A DNA stretch of 64,000 nucleotides, taken from assembly GCF_009914755.1 (NCBI RefSeq), contig NC_060927.1. One strand, 5' to 3'. Below, piece by piece: positions 1 through 12,700 of the stretch. The DNA comes from the human T2T-CHM13v2.0 reference genome, Homo sapiens. The number at the start of each line of letters is the position of its first letter. Position 1 is the stretch's first letter. The position numbers were made by a program, and so were the translations under genes. Below the pieces are notes generated by a model. The model was not told where the DNA came from, made no database searches, and saw only the letters and a program-made list of their open reading frames with translations.

Positions 1-439
1 CAAGAAAAATACCATTTCAGAAATATAAAAGCAAGCGAGATTACTAAAATAGTTTTTTTCTATTTGCAACTTACCATGTGGTGAGTTTACATGGAAATGG
101 AAAATTAGTTTACATTGTGAATGTATTATTTTTATTGTAATAAAATAAGGCTTAATATATTTATATAAACTAATTAAAACTATTTAAACAGATTTATTGT
201 GAAATTAACATTATTTACCAAAGTAATTATAAGACCTATGAAAATCATTATTTCACACTTTTCTTTCTTTACTCCTCCCTCCCCTAACCATCTATTTAAA
301 TAATTTCAAATTCCATGTGTTTCAATAACGTGTAGGATTTTACACCCTGATACCTGAAGACAGATATTAGTTATTTATTGAATATTTAAATGACAAAGCC
401 ACTTGAGGAAACCTGAAATTCTTTTTCAGTAGTAAATGA

Positions 440-530
440 GTAGTTCACATGTTCAAAATCTTATTCTAGCTCTTTCTAGCTGTGTTTCCTTGACTGGGTT
501 GCCTAACATCTCTGAACCTTCATTTAATGT
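440..530 (+). mobile_element. MIR fragment
   Basis: MIR core-like: gttcaaaatcttattctagctct...agctgtgt...gggttgcctaacatctctgaaccttcattt; edges approximate. Confidence 0.4.
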
Positions 531-1059
531 CTTTCCCTAAACAAGGCGCATAATATAGACCTTACAAATTGGCTGTGACAGTGCAGTTTCATAATCAGAG
601 GAGTGCTTATTTTGGTCTTCATTTTCAAAATCCTCTGGCTGTCATAAAACATTAGTAACGGTAACTGATTAAGAAAATATACTTTCGGTGCTACGATACT
701 GCCAGATAACTTAATGTTCTTTTTATGATGATGATGCAAAACTTAAATTTAAAATCATGATTAAGTGAGATCCAATTGGATAATCTATCAGACTTGTCCA
801 AGGTAACAGATTGCTTTTCTGAAGCTTTACTGAAATACAGCAAATCATGGTAGATAGAATGTTTTTTTTTACAGAGAGCATGTGATGATTATGTGATTTA
901 TTTCTTCTGAGACTTTCAATTTATTAAAATATTAATGTTTCTTATTAATAAGAGTAACTACCAATAAGAATTCTAATAAGATCACAATGAAAGTTAACTG
1001 TCCATTTTCTTAAAAGGGAGGCAGCTTCATATACTGGAATATATATAGGCTTTCAAATT

Positions 1060-1230
1060 AGAAAGAAATATATTCAAATCCAAATTTCCACTTATTAATA
1101 CTTTTTGGAATCTTAGTTTCTTTGTTATTGATGTGGAATTAACAAAATTTCTTCTTCAGGGTTGTTTTGATGATGACAGATAATTATATATGCAGAGTTT
1201 AGTGTGGCATATGATAACTAAAACTTCCTC
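1060..1230 (+). mobile_element. MIR fragment
   Basis: ttcaaatccaaatttccactta...tcttagtttc...ttcagggttgttttgatgat...gtgtggcatat resembles the MIR core and 3' part. Confidence 0.45.
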
Positions 1231-1329
1231 AGTTCATGTCTGTGGTAGATATAAATACATCTCCTCTTTTTGCAAGCACTCCTATTACAAATGTAGGCAT
1301 TTGCCATGTACCCGTCATGCATTATTAAA

Positions 1330-1610
1330 TGCACTCATTCATTCATTCATTTATCATAATATGCTAGGTAGCAGGAATAATCAAGTGAGGGAAATTAACA
1401 CAAATAACTACAATGTAAAGCAAGAGAGACATTTCTGAGACAATTGGCTGGTTGTTAGAGAAGAAAACGGCATTAGAAAAGTATCACAGAAGAGGTGGAA
1501 TTTAAGATTGGTCATGGAAGATGAATATGGATCCTAAATTTTGAGAAGATTGTAGAGAGGATTTAAGACTGTCAAAACAAGAAGAGTAAGTTCAAGAAGG
1601 CATGTGTAAC
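1330..1610 (-). mobile_element. L2 3' fragment
   Basis: cattcattcattcatt (L2 tail, reverse strand) followed by degenerate L2 3' sequence. Confidence 0.45.
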
Positions 1611-1996
1611 CAGAATAAATTTCTGAACCTCATGTGACCCAACCTTCAAACAAACAGACTCCGGTAACAATAAGAAAGTAATTTCAGTTTCTAGTTGTGT
1701 CTCTCAAAGAACATCAAAGGGTATATAGTTTAAAACCTACTTCTGCCATTCCTTTTATTCTGTGTTTTATTTTACCCCCTCCCGCTTTCCCTGAAGCATC
1801 TCTTCATGTTCTCCTTCTCTACAAAGCATCAAAATGTACTTCATCCCAAGGGGTCTTTCCTTTTCCATTTCCTTTACTGTATTTCTTTTTACTTTTATCC
1901 CTTGTAGGAATTTCTCTTGACACAATTCAAATTCCCTATTCTGGTTTTCCCTCCACTGATTAACATGATTTGCATAATAAGGCCCAAGAACTAGGG

Positions 1997-2171
1997 CAGG
2001 GGTTCTTATCCACAGGTTCAGGACAGGACTGTATTTCATCATCATTGGTTTCTCTTAGAATCCCAGGCATTTTATTTTATGTATTTAGAAACACTATTCT
2101 GAGAAGTGACCCATAAGTTTCTCCAGATTGCCAAAGAGGCCCATGGCACAAAACACATTTAAGAACCCTTG
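1997..2171. mobile_element. hAT-Charlie non-autonomous DNA transposon (MITE)
   Basis: TIRs caggggttctta (1997-2008) and taagaacccttg (2160-2171); CTAG-centred 8-bp TSD aactaggg at 1989-1996 and 2173-2180. Confidence 0.65.
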
Positions 2172-3474
2172 AAACTAGGGAGAGGGAGGGGCAATTGAAA
2201 ACAGCAGCCAATATTTTTTCATTCAAGTTTTTCTCCCTGTTTTACTTGGAAGTACCTGCAGACATGTGGGGAGCAATAGGCAGTTTACATGACCAAAACT
2301 TAGCATGACAACAGGAAGTGATGGGACGGGAGTCATTGATTTTCTATACATATGGAAACAAAAATGAGACACAAAACAGCCACTATCCTGTGCATACAGG
2401 TTGTCAAACATCCTCTCCATAAAAACATAAAGGGCTTATTCCTTCTATTTCTTTCCCCTCGTGGGTTATCCTGCTACTCTTCTCATTAGTTTTCCCAAAA
2501 TTATCTATAACCTGAACCTAGTGAAGAAATATTCAAACTTACTAAAACTTCCGATTTCAAAGCAGATTAGTTCCAAACTCAAATTAAACAGAAATCAGCT
2601 GTCATAGTTCAAATATTTCACAGTAGTTATCCAACTATTTAATTCCTTTCCTGTCTCCCCGTATTCCCTCCTCACCTCTTCTTATACCTTAACTAGAAAT
2701 TTTCAAGGGAGTAGTTTTCTGAAAGACACTCCTGCCAGCTTTTAGTGTTGCAGAAAAATCAACCCACCTGCCACCAGCTGTGTGACAGTTTATATAGTGT
2801 TGCTAGGCCCATAATGGTTCAGAGACTATTCGAATATAGAATATTTTATTTTTGACAGGTTCTTCTCCCAATTAAGGACCACACAAAACTCTTCATTCAC
2901 AGTTAAAATTCCCAGCAGTGGTATCCCTTGTGTAGTCAAGGAGTTTTAAATCTCGAAAAAAGAAAAGTCTAGATTTTCATGGGGATCTGGGAAGGAGCAC
3001 AGATCAGTCTGCAGTTCATTCCTTTACTTTTGTGGGTCACTTTTTAGGGGCAGCACAGATTTCCAATTTGCTGAATGTTAAGTCACCTTCTTCCATCCAC
3101 TCCCTATCAATGGCAAAACCATCCCATAATACCCAAACTTTCACTTTTGTTAAAGCAGCAGAATCCCAATTATTCTCATAAACACAAGACACAGGACAGA
3201 CCAAACCACATTTTAACTTTTCACTTGAGGACAGATTGAATATGGCAGCACCTTTCAAGTCTTCATTTATGATGAAGCAATTGTATAAAACTACAGGGAT
3301 AACATAAATAAATTTAAATAGATTCTCATGATCTCCTGGACTGTCACTGATCAGTGAGGACTAATTTTCTTTTGAAATTTAACTCCTCTGACGACTTCAA
3401 ACTTTATGAAGTAATAGTACTGAGCAATAATTCTAGCTGACATGTATTCTATTGCCAAGAGTATTAAAATTCAA

Positions 3475-3660
3475 AAAATTTATTGAGTGCTTAGTAGGTA
3501 TCAAATACTTTATACATATTAATCCATCTATTTTTTCCCAAAACTCTTTGAGTTAGATATTAAGATTATCTCCATTTTTAAAGATGTGAGAATTGAGAAA
3601 GTTGACTCTTCTGGATCTGAGTCCAGGCAGTCTAGACCCAGAGCTCACTTGTAATTTGTG
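3475..3660 (-). mobile_element. MIR
   Basis: atttattgagtgctta...attatctccatttttaaagatgtgagaattgag...ccaggcagtctagacccagagctc. Confidence 0.6.
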
Positions 3661-3664
3661 CTGT

Positions 3665-3800
3665 TGTGTATACTGTTCCAGATCTAAAAATGTGCCCCAC
3701 TTAGGTTAATGCTCCTGTCTTAAAATCATTAATAATTTTTGGAAAAGGAGTCTTGCATTTTCATTTTGCACTGGGCTCCACAAATTATGGAGCCAGTCCT
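3665..3800 (+). mobile_element. hAT MITE, MER53-like
   Basis: taataatttttgg...cattttcattttgcactgggctccacaaattatggagccagtcct matches the MER53-type right end. Confidence 0.45.
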
Positions 3801-5889
3801 ACCCAAGCACTTAATCTTTATGCTGCCTTGGCCATATTTCACCACTCGATTCATAGAAACATCATCAAGCCCCACTCTCTCCTTAACCATTTCTGAGTTC
3901 TTATTTGTCCCTGCCTTGGCTGAAATCTGGCTCTCACTAGAAGACACCACTCTGTAGCTCTGTTAAGTGACAGCATCTTGTTGGTCTGTTACCCATGATG
4001 GACCTCAGGGATTGAAAGGGATATTTTTGTATTCTATGCTTCTCATTGCCACTTTCAGACCACTTCTTTCAGCCTCTTGTAAAATAATTGCTGCTTGCTT
4101 GAATACCAAACCATTTGACTAAGTTAGTCCACGACCTTCATCCTCATCTCAATTGCTATCCCTGTTAGTCTCTTTGTAGGCCTCTAAGAACTTGTTTTTA
4201 TGAATCTGGGTGCTCCTGTATTGAGTGCATATATATTTAGGATAGTTAGCTCTTCTTGTTGCATTGGTCCTTTTACCATTACGTAATGTCTTTGTCATTT
4301 TTTTGGTCTTTGTTGGTTTAAAGTCTGTTTTATCAGAGACTAGGATTGCAACCCCTGCTTTTTTTCCTTTCTATTTGCTTGGTAAATATTCCTCCATCCC
4401 TTTATTTTGAGCCCACTTGTGTCTTTGCACATGAGATGGGTCTCCTGAATACAGCACACCGATGGGTCTTGACTGTTTATCCAATTTGCCAGTCTGTGTC
4501 TTTTAATTGGGTCTTTTAGCCAATTTACATTTAAGGTTAATATTGTTATGTGTGAATTTAATCCTGTCATCGTGATGCTAGCTGGTTTATTTTCCACATT
4601 AGTTGATGCAAGTTCTTCATAGTGTCATTGGTCTTTATATTTTGGTGTATTTTTGCAGTGACTGGGACCAGTTTTCCTTTTCCATATTTAGTGCTTCCTT
4701 CAGGAGCTCTTGTAAGGCAGACCTGGTGGTAACAAAATCCCTCAGCATTTGCTTGCCTGTAAAGGATTTTATTTCTTCTTCACTTAGGAAGATTAATTTG
4801 GCTGGATATGAAATTCTGGGTTGAAAATTATTTTCTTTAAGAATGTTGAATATTGGCCCCCACTGTCTTCTGGCTTGTAGGGCTTCTGCAGAGATATCTG
4901 CTGTTAGTCTGATGGGCTTCCTTTTGTAGGTAACCTGACCTTTCTCTCTGGCTGCCCTTAAGTTTTTTTTTCCTTCATTTTAATCTTAGAGAATCTGGTG
5001 ATTATGTGTCTCAGAGTTGTTCTTCTTGAGGAGTATCTTAGTGGTATTCCCTGTATTTCCTGAATTTGAATGTTGGCCTGTCTTGCTAGGTTGGGGAAAT
5101 TCTCCTGGATAATATCCCGAACTTGGTTCCATTCTCCCCATCACTTTCAGGTACACCAATCAATCATAGGTTTGGTCTTTTCACATAGTCCCATATTTCT
5201 TGGAGGCTTTGTTCTTTCCTTTTCATTCTTTTTTTTCTTGAATTTTGTCTTCACGCCTTATTTCATTAAGTTGATCTTCAATCTCTGATATCCTTTCTTC
5301 TGCTTGATCGATTCAGCTATTGATACTTGTGTATGCTTCACGAAGTTCTGCTGCTGTGTTTTTCAGCTCCATAAGGTCATTTATGTTATTCTCTATACTG
5401 GTTATTCTAGTTAGTAGTTCCTGTAACCTTTTATCAAGGTTCTTAGCTTCCTTGCACTGGGTTAGATCGTGCTCCTTTAACTAGGAGTTTGTTATTACCC
5501 ACGTTCTGAAGCCTACTTCTGTCAATTCATCAAACTCATTCTCCATCAAGTTTTATGTTTTTGCTGGAGAGTAGTTGTGATCACTTGGAAGAGAAGAGGC
5601 ATTCTGATTTTTGGAATTTTCAGCTTTTTTGCACTGTTTTTCCCTCATCTTTGTGGATTTATCTACCTTTGACCTATAAGACTGATGACCTTTGCATTGG
5701 GTTTTTGTGTGGGGGTCCTTTTTGTTGATGTATTGCTTTCTGTTAGTTTTTCTTCTAGCAGTCAGTCCCCTCTTTTGCAGGTCTGTTGCAGTTTACTGGA
5801 AGTCCACTCCAGACCCTGATTGCCTGGGTATCACCAGTGGAGGCTGCAGAACAACAAAGATTCCTGCCTGCTTCTTCCTCTGGAAGCTT

Positions 5890-7539
5890 TGTGTCTGGAA
5901 TTGGTGAGTTCTTGGTCTCACTCACTTTAAGAATGAAGCCGCGGACCCTCGTGGTGAGTGTTAAGCTCTTAAGGTGGCGTGTCTGGAGTTTGTTCCTTCT
6001 GATGTTCGGATGTGTTCGGAGTTTCCTCCTTCTGGTGGGTTCGTGGTCTCACTGGCTCAGGAGTGAAGCTGCAGATCTTCGTGGTGAGTGTTACGGCTCT
6101 TAAGGCAGCACGTCTGGAGTTGTTCGTTCCTCCTGGTGGGCTCGTGGGCTCGCTGGCTTCAGGAGTGTAGTTGCAGACCTTCGCGGTGTGTGTTACAGCT
6201 CTTAAGGTGGCGTGTCTGGAGTTGTTCGTTCCTTTCGGTGGGCTCGTGGTCTTGCTGGCTTCAGGAGTGAAGCTGCAGACCTTCGCGGTGAGTGTTATAG
6301 CTCATAAAGGCAGTGTGGACCCAAAGAGTGAGCAGTAGCAAGATTTATTGCAAAGAGCGAAAGAACAAAGCTTCCACAGTGTGTAAGGGGAACCGAGCAG
6401 GTTGCCACTGCTGGCTCCGGCAGCCTGCTTTTATTCTCTTATTTGGCCCCACCCACATCCTGCTGATTGGTAGAGCCTAGTGGTCTGTTTTGACAGGGTG
6501 CTGATTGGTGCGTTTACAATCCCTGAGCTAGACACAAAGGTTCTCCACATCCCCACTAGATTAACTAGATACAGAGTGTCAACACAAAGATTCTCTAAGG
6601 CCCCACCAGAGTAGCTAGATACAGAGTGTCCATTGGTGCATTCACAAACCCTGAGCTAGACACAGGGTGCTGATTGGTGTGTTTACAAACCTTGAGCTAG
6701 ATACAGAGTGCCAATTGGTGTATTTACAATCCCTGAGCTAGACATAAAGGTTCTCCAAGGTCCCACCAGTGTAGCTAGATACAGAGTGTCGATTAGTGCA
6801 TTCACAAACCCTGAGCTAGACACAGGGTGCTGTTTGGTGTATTTACAATCCCTGAGCTAGACATAAAGGTTCTCCACGTCCCCACCAGACTCAGGAGCCC
6901 AGCTGGCTTCACCCAGTGGATCCCACACCGGGGCTGCAGGTGGAGCTGCCTGCCAGTTCTGCGCCGTGCGCCCGCACTCCTCAGCTCTTGGGTGGTCAAT
7001 GGGACTGGGTGCCATGGAGCAGGGGGCGGCGCTCATTGGGGAGGCTCCGCCTGCACAGGAACCCATGGAGGGGGTGGGAGGCTTAGGCATGGCAGGCTGC
7101 AGGTCCTGAGCCCTGCCCCGCAGGAAGGCAGCTAAGGCCCGGTGAGAGATCTAGCGCAGCGCCCGTGGGCTGGCACTGCTGGGGGACCCAGTACACCCTC
7201 CGCAGCCGCTGGCCCAGGTGCTAAGCCCCTCATTGCCCGGGGCCAGCAGGGCCCGCCAGCTGCTCCGAGTATGGGGCCCCCCAAGCCCACGCCCACCCAG
7301 AACTACAGCTGGCCCGCAAGCGCAGCATGCAGCCCCGGTTCCCGCTCGCGCCTCTCCCTCCACACCTCCCTGCAAGCTGAGGGAGCCGGCTCTGGCCTTG
7401 GCCAGCCCAGAAAGGGGCTCCCACAGTGCAGCGGTGGGCTGAAGGGCTCCTCAAGTACCGCCAAAGTGGCAGCCCAGGCAGAGGAGGCGCCGAGAGCAAG
7501 CAAGGGCTGTGAGGACTGCCAGCACTCTGTCACCTCTCA
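5890..7539 (-). mobile_element. Solo ERV9 LTR, LTR12C (1650 bp)
   Basis: Termini tgtgtctggaattgg and ctgtcacctctca; 4-bp TSD gctt (5886-5889 and 7540-7543); U5 tandem repeats at ~5930-6300; CCAAT enhancer repeats at ~6480-6890; CpG-rich U3 at 6900-7500. Confidence 0.95.
6400..6890 (-). promoter_or_regulatory. LTR12C promoter and enhancer (NF-Y CCAAT array, CACCC box, AATAAA-type TATA)
   Basis: attgg (CCAAT on -) at 6466, 6504, 6632, 6673, 6714, with mutated copies at ~6792 and ~6833; ccccaccc at ~6447; tttatt at 6430-6435; standard ERV9 LTR layout. Confidence 0.75.
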
Positions 7540-8659
7540 GCTTCATCCCAGGGGGGCACTGGCCTGTTGCCAGCCAGAGCTCTCCTATATGAGGTATCCG
7601 TCGAACCCTGTTGGGAGGTGTCTCCCAGTCAGGAGGCATGGGGGTCAGGGACTCACTTGAGGAGGCAGTCTGTCCCTTAGCAGAGCTCGAGTGCTGTGCT
7701 GGGAGAATCCTGCTTGTCAGGATCCACTGCTCTCTTCAGAGCTGGCAAGCAGGAACATTGAAGTCTGTTGAAGTCCACTGAAGCTGTGCTCACAGCCAGC
7801 CCTTCCCCGAGATGCTCTGTCTGAGTGAGATGGGAGTTTTATCTATAAGCCCCTGACTGGAGCTGATGCCTTTCTTTCAGGGATGCCCTGCCCAGTGAGG
7901 AGGAATCTAGAGAGGCAGTCTAGCCACAGCCACTTTGCTGCTCTATGGAGTCCTGCCCAGTCTGAACTTCCCCTCCTCCTTAGCCCTGTCAGGGGAAAAC
8001 CACCTACTCAAGCCTCAGTAATGGTGGACGCCCCTCCCCCAAAACAAGCTCCAGCATCCCAGGTCGGCTTTAGACTGCTGTGCTGGCAGAGAGAATTTCA
8101 AGCCAGTGGTTCCTGGCTTGCTGGGCTCCGTGGGGGTGGGATCCACTGAGCTAGACCACTTGACTCCCTGGCTTCAGCCGCTTTCTAGGGGAGTGAGTGG
8201 TTCTGTCTTGCTAGGTGGTACTGGGGTATGAAAGAAAACAAACAAACAAAAAAACTCCCGCAGCTATCTCGATGTCTGCCCAAACAGCCACCTAGTTTTG
8301 TGCTTGAAACCCAGGGCCCTGGTGGTGTACACATCCGGGGAATCTCCTGGTCTGCGGATTGCAAAAACCATAGGAAAAGCGTAGTATGTGGGTCAGATAG
8401 CACCGTCCCTCATGGCTTCCCTTGGCTGAGGAAGGGAGGTTCCTGGCTCCTTGCACTTCCCAGGTGAGCCAACACCTCACCCTGCTTCTGCTCGTGTCTG
8501 CACCCACTGCCTAACCAGTCCCAATGAGATGAACTGGGTGCCTCAGTTGGAAATGCAGAAATCCCCCGCCTTCTGCATTGTTCTCGCTGGGACCTGCAGA
8601 CAGGAGATGTTCGTATTCAGCTATCTTTCCAGCTCTCCCCTAAAATCCGTTTTAAGCAG

Positions 8660-9025
8660 TATTTTAAAGTGTCAAAGTCATAAAAAACTAGGAAAGACTG
8701 AGGCGCTGTTACAGACTGGAGGAGACCAAGGAGATGTAATGACTAATTGCAACACCATAGCCTGGATTGGCTCCTCGAACAGGAAAAAAAAAAAAAAAAA
8801 AAGACATTAATAGAAAAACTAGGATGGTAGAAATAAAATCTGTAGTTTTGTGAATAGAACCGTGCCAATATTAATGTCTTCATTTTGATGAATGTACTGT
8901 GGTAGCAGATGACCTTAACATTGTGGGATGCCATATGAAAGGTATATGGGATCTCTTCATGCTATCTTTGCAACATTTCTGTAAGTTTAATATTATTTCA
9001 AAATATAGCATTTTAAAAGTTTAAA
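8660..9025 (+). mobile_element. Old L1M (L1MC/L1ME-type) 3'UTR fragment
   Basis: gtcaaagtcat...ggaaagactgagg...ggagaccaaggaga...ctatctttgcaacatttctgtaagtttaatattatttcaaaat. Confidence 0.7.
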
Positions 9026-9044
9026 TTTAGAAACCACTAAATTT

Positions 9045-9226
9045 TTTTCTTTCTTCTTCTTTTTTTTTTTTTTTTTTTGAGACAAGGTCTCACTCTGTCA
9101 CTCAGGCTGGAGTGCAGTGACATGATCTCAGCTTACTGCAGCCTCGAACTCCCAGGCCCATGCAATCCTCTACCTCAGCCTCCCAAGTAGCTGGACAACA
9201 GACACACACCATTACACTCACCTAAC
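9045..9226 (-). mobile_element. AluJ right arm only
   Basis: gagacaaggtctcactctg...gcagcctcgaactcccagg...gcaatcctc are AluJ diagnostics; ends at the linker where the next Alu tail begins. Confidence 0.85.
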
Positions 9227-9525
9227 TTTTTTTTTTTTTTTTTTTTTGAGATGGAATCTCACTCTGTCACCCAGGATGGAGTGCAGTGATGTGATCTTGG
9301 CTCACTGCAACCTCTGCCTCCCGGGTTAAAGCGATTCTCCTGCCTCAGCCTCCTGAGTAGCTGGGATTGCAGGCGCCCACCACCACACCCAGCTAATTTT
9401 TGTATTTTCAGTAGAGACGGGGTTTCACCATGTTGGTCAGGCTGGTCTTGAACTCCTGACCTCGTGATCCGCCTGCCTCAGCCTCCCAAAGTGCTGGGAT
9501 TACAGGCGTGAGCACTTCACCTGGC
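9227..9525 (-). mobile_element. AluS (Sg-like), full length
   Basis: T tail, both arms, ttggtcaggctgg and gacctcgtgatcc. Confidence 0.9.
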
Positions 9526-10627
9526 AGATGTTTATTTTTAAATAAATAAGAACAAATCAGTAATATAATGGTAAAAATAGACTAGGCTATAACATTAAGA
9601 AGATTAGCTTTAGCTCTTCACTGAATGGATGTGACCTAGACTCTCTTTGGTTTAGGATCAATGGTAACATTCTATGTAACTACTTCCAGCTGAAGCATTA
9701 ATGTTTTATATGTTTTATATAGACAGTTATGAACAGACATAAAGCATTCCCACACTAAAAAGTGTGTGTTTAAAAATAACCCCAACATAAAAATAAATAT
9801 ATGTGTGTGTGTCAACAATAGACTTTACAGAAATCAAATTCTTTTAAAATATATTATTAAAATTGTAAAATATTCTAACAGATATCTAGTTTAATGCTTC
9901 AAAGCTGATGACTTTCATTTGCATATATAAAGATGTAGCTGACTATTAAATTATCTGACGAGCTTTAATGTTTTTTCATATCATTTTAACTGTAAGGATA
10001 CTTTCATTGCATTATCATTGTATGACTGTGGAACCTTGTTTTCTATGAACTCTCACATTGTTCTCTTTCCTTGAAATATGTTTCCAGCGAAACTATTTCC
10101 TGTTTATTTCCCCAGCATCATATCCAAGCTCCTTCCTCTCTGGAGTTTTTTTATAATTACTGTGACTCTCACTCTGTCGAACTTCCATATCCCATACTTC
10201 CTTTCTTCATGGGTGCCTTAGTGGTATTAGACATAAGTACTGTTACCATGTTGTACCTGTTTTTTTCCCAAAGCAGCTAGTACAGTGCTGAACTGAAGCA
10301 CTGACTGAATGAAAAATTGTTTAATTACACTTAATGCTTGTACAAGGATAATCCATTTCCTGACTCTGCATGACAACACAGAACTCACTGATTATCAGGG
10401 ACCGTGCTTCTTGCTGAACATTTATTCCAGAAAAAATATTAAAGCCTCTAGTTAAAAGAATCATGCCAGATTAATACTCATCCCTATATGACATGTCAGG
10501 AGTTATTTCAGCCAGGTGTAATATGGTGACTTTTGCCCTACTTTCCATTTTTCAAATAAGATTCAGAGGGAAGCTCTGTAGACAAACAACATTCTTTCCT
10601 TCTTTGTAGAACCAAATATCAGTCTAC

Positions 10628-10672
10628 ATAAATAAATAAATAAACAAAAAATAAATAAATAATAAATAAAAA
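10628..10672. repeat. (TAAA)n simple repeat
   Basis: ataaataaataaataaacaaaaaataaataaataataaataaaaa. Confidence 0.8.
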
Positions 10673-10729
10673 TCTCACTGGTTGAAAGGCCATTACATTC
10701 AGAACGTTTTCTTTTAAAAATCCTTTCTC

Positions 10730-11074
<345 letters not shown>

Positions 11075-11929
11075 TTATAAGTTGAAAGTTGAAATGAATG
11101 GAATTTTTTAAAGACAGTGGAAATAGAAGTTGGGAGTGAAAGTTTAAACCAAACAAAGAAACGGCAAATAAAGGAAAATAATAGTGTGCCCTTGATAGTC
11201 TTTCTTTTTTAAACTTACAGGATCTTGAATTATTTTCTACCTTCTCCCAAATGACTGTGAACCCCACAATCCTTTAAATATAGGGAATATGTCCTACCAC
11301 ACTGTAGTTAATATCAGCAAATATCCATTCTTGATAAGTTGTGGTATCAACAAGTTTTTGTTTGAGTTGAATCATAAGGACTATAAAAAGGTAAGTCCCG
11401 TTTCAGATAAAAACATTGCTTTAGCATGTAAACCCTTATAATAGCTCACTCTAATTTTAATTAATAACTGACACAGAAACCCTACAAAATAAATAAAAGC
11501 ATTTTCAGGAGAAAATAAAGTGCAGCAATTATTTTTGCTGTGTTTTTGTGGAATCGCAATAAGTTTTAAATCAATTACCTTTGACCCAGAGGCTATGAAT
11601 CCCCCCGGAAACGGATGAGATTTTTTTCCTTAGCCCAAAGTTGAAGTAACAGAAATAAAATCACGTAGCAAACCTATACCTCGCTTAAAACTGTTGATAG
11701 AGAAATATTTACAATTAAAAATATTGTACATTGTACATTTACAAAAAATTGTAAATACAATTAAAAATATTTAAAACTAGAAGTTTTAAAGTCATACATT
11801 TCCAAGTTTGATGTCATTAGCTCGTCACTGAGAGTTCTGCCTATCTGCTTCCTGTATTTGACAGAGGAAATATGATAGATGGGTTATTTTACAAAAATGG
11901 TGAGGACTCTACTTTTTCTGGGGTCTTTC

Positions 11930-12700
11930 TTTTAGCATTCATTCTTTCACTAGTCTACTCACTCACAGATATACTCAATAAACATTTATGGGCTTCTAAA
12001 TGTGTGAGGTGCTATGGTAGACACTTGGGAAACAGTAATGAACAAAAAGAGGCTTGATTTCTATTCTTGTGGAGTTCACAGAGCTAAAAGTTTAGTAGAG
12101 AAATGGTACTAACCCAATTATCCAACAAATAAATATAAAATTACAGTTATAATTATTGCTATGGTGAGAGGGATGTGGTACCACTTAAGTTGTGGGTTAG
12201 GCTAAGAGAAAGCTTCCCTGAGGATGTAAAATTTAAGCTGAAATATGAAGGATACTTACAAGTACAACAAGTTAAAAGGATGGATGGGAAGAAAATATAC
12301 CAGGGAAAGGGAGGGGCATGCATTCACTCATTCCTGTATTTAACACTAGTTATGGGTGCGGACCAAATTACAGGTGCTGTTCTCAGCCGGGACACTGGGG
12401 AAACAGCTACCATGAGACTTTTGGGATGATCCTGAGAAGCCATATTGTTGTCTTAGTGCCCGAAAGAAGGTCAGGAGGCTTGGAGTACGGGGTGTGGGAG
12501 GGGACATATGAATTGGAACCTAATGCTTGGTGGCGGAAGGCACACACAGGGACTTGCAGGCATTGCTTTCATCCTAAGAAAAAAGTGAAGCCACTGCCAG
12601 TCTAAGCAGGGGAGTGCGGGCTGTGGTGGGGAGATGTTATGATTCAATCATGTTGTGTTTTAAAAATTACCTTGAGTACCTATTTGGAAAACATTTAGAG
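11930..12700 (-). mobile_element. L2 3' region
   Basis: cattcatt...caataaacatttat...gaaagcttccctgaggatgtaaaatttaagctga...gaagccactg...taagcagggga. Confidence 0.7.

Larger units (their letters stand above)
4168..8640 (-). mobile_element. L1PA7/L1PA8 5' portion (5'UTR, decayed ORF1, first ~400 nt of ORF2), interrupted by LTR12C; 3' part missing
   Basis: 5' end cagctatctttccagctctcccc ends at 8640; ORF1 ATG at 5648; ORF2 ATG at 4570 with endonuclease N-terminus MTGLNSHITILTLNVN...CCIQETHL in the ORF track; homology stops near 4168. Confidence 0.92.

Noticed and set aside
5930-6890. Repeat-spacer-like arrays resembling CRISPR
   Set aside because: These are the normal U5 and U3 tandem repeats of ERV9 LTR12; there are no unique spacers or cas genes, and the DNA is human.
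6802-7660. Cluster of GC-rich ORFs up to 172 aa on both strands
   Set aside because: All lie in the GC-rich U3 of LTR12C, where stop codons are scarce; no protein homology recognised.
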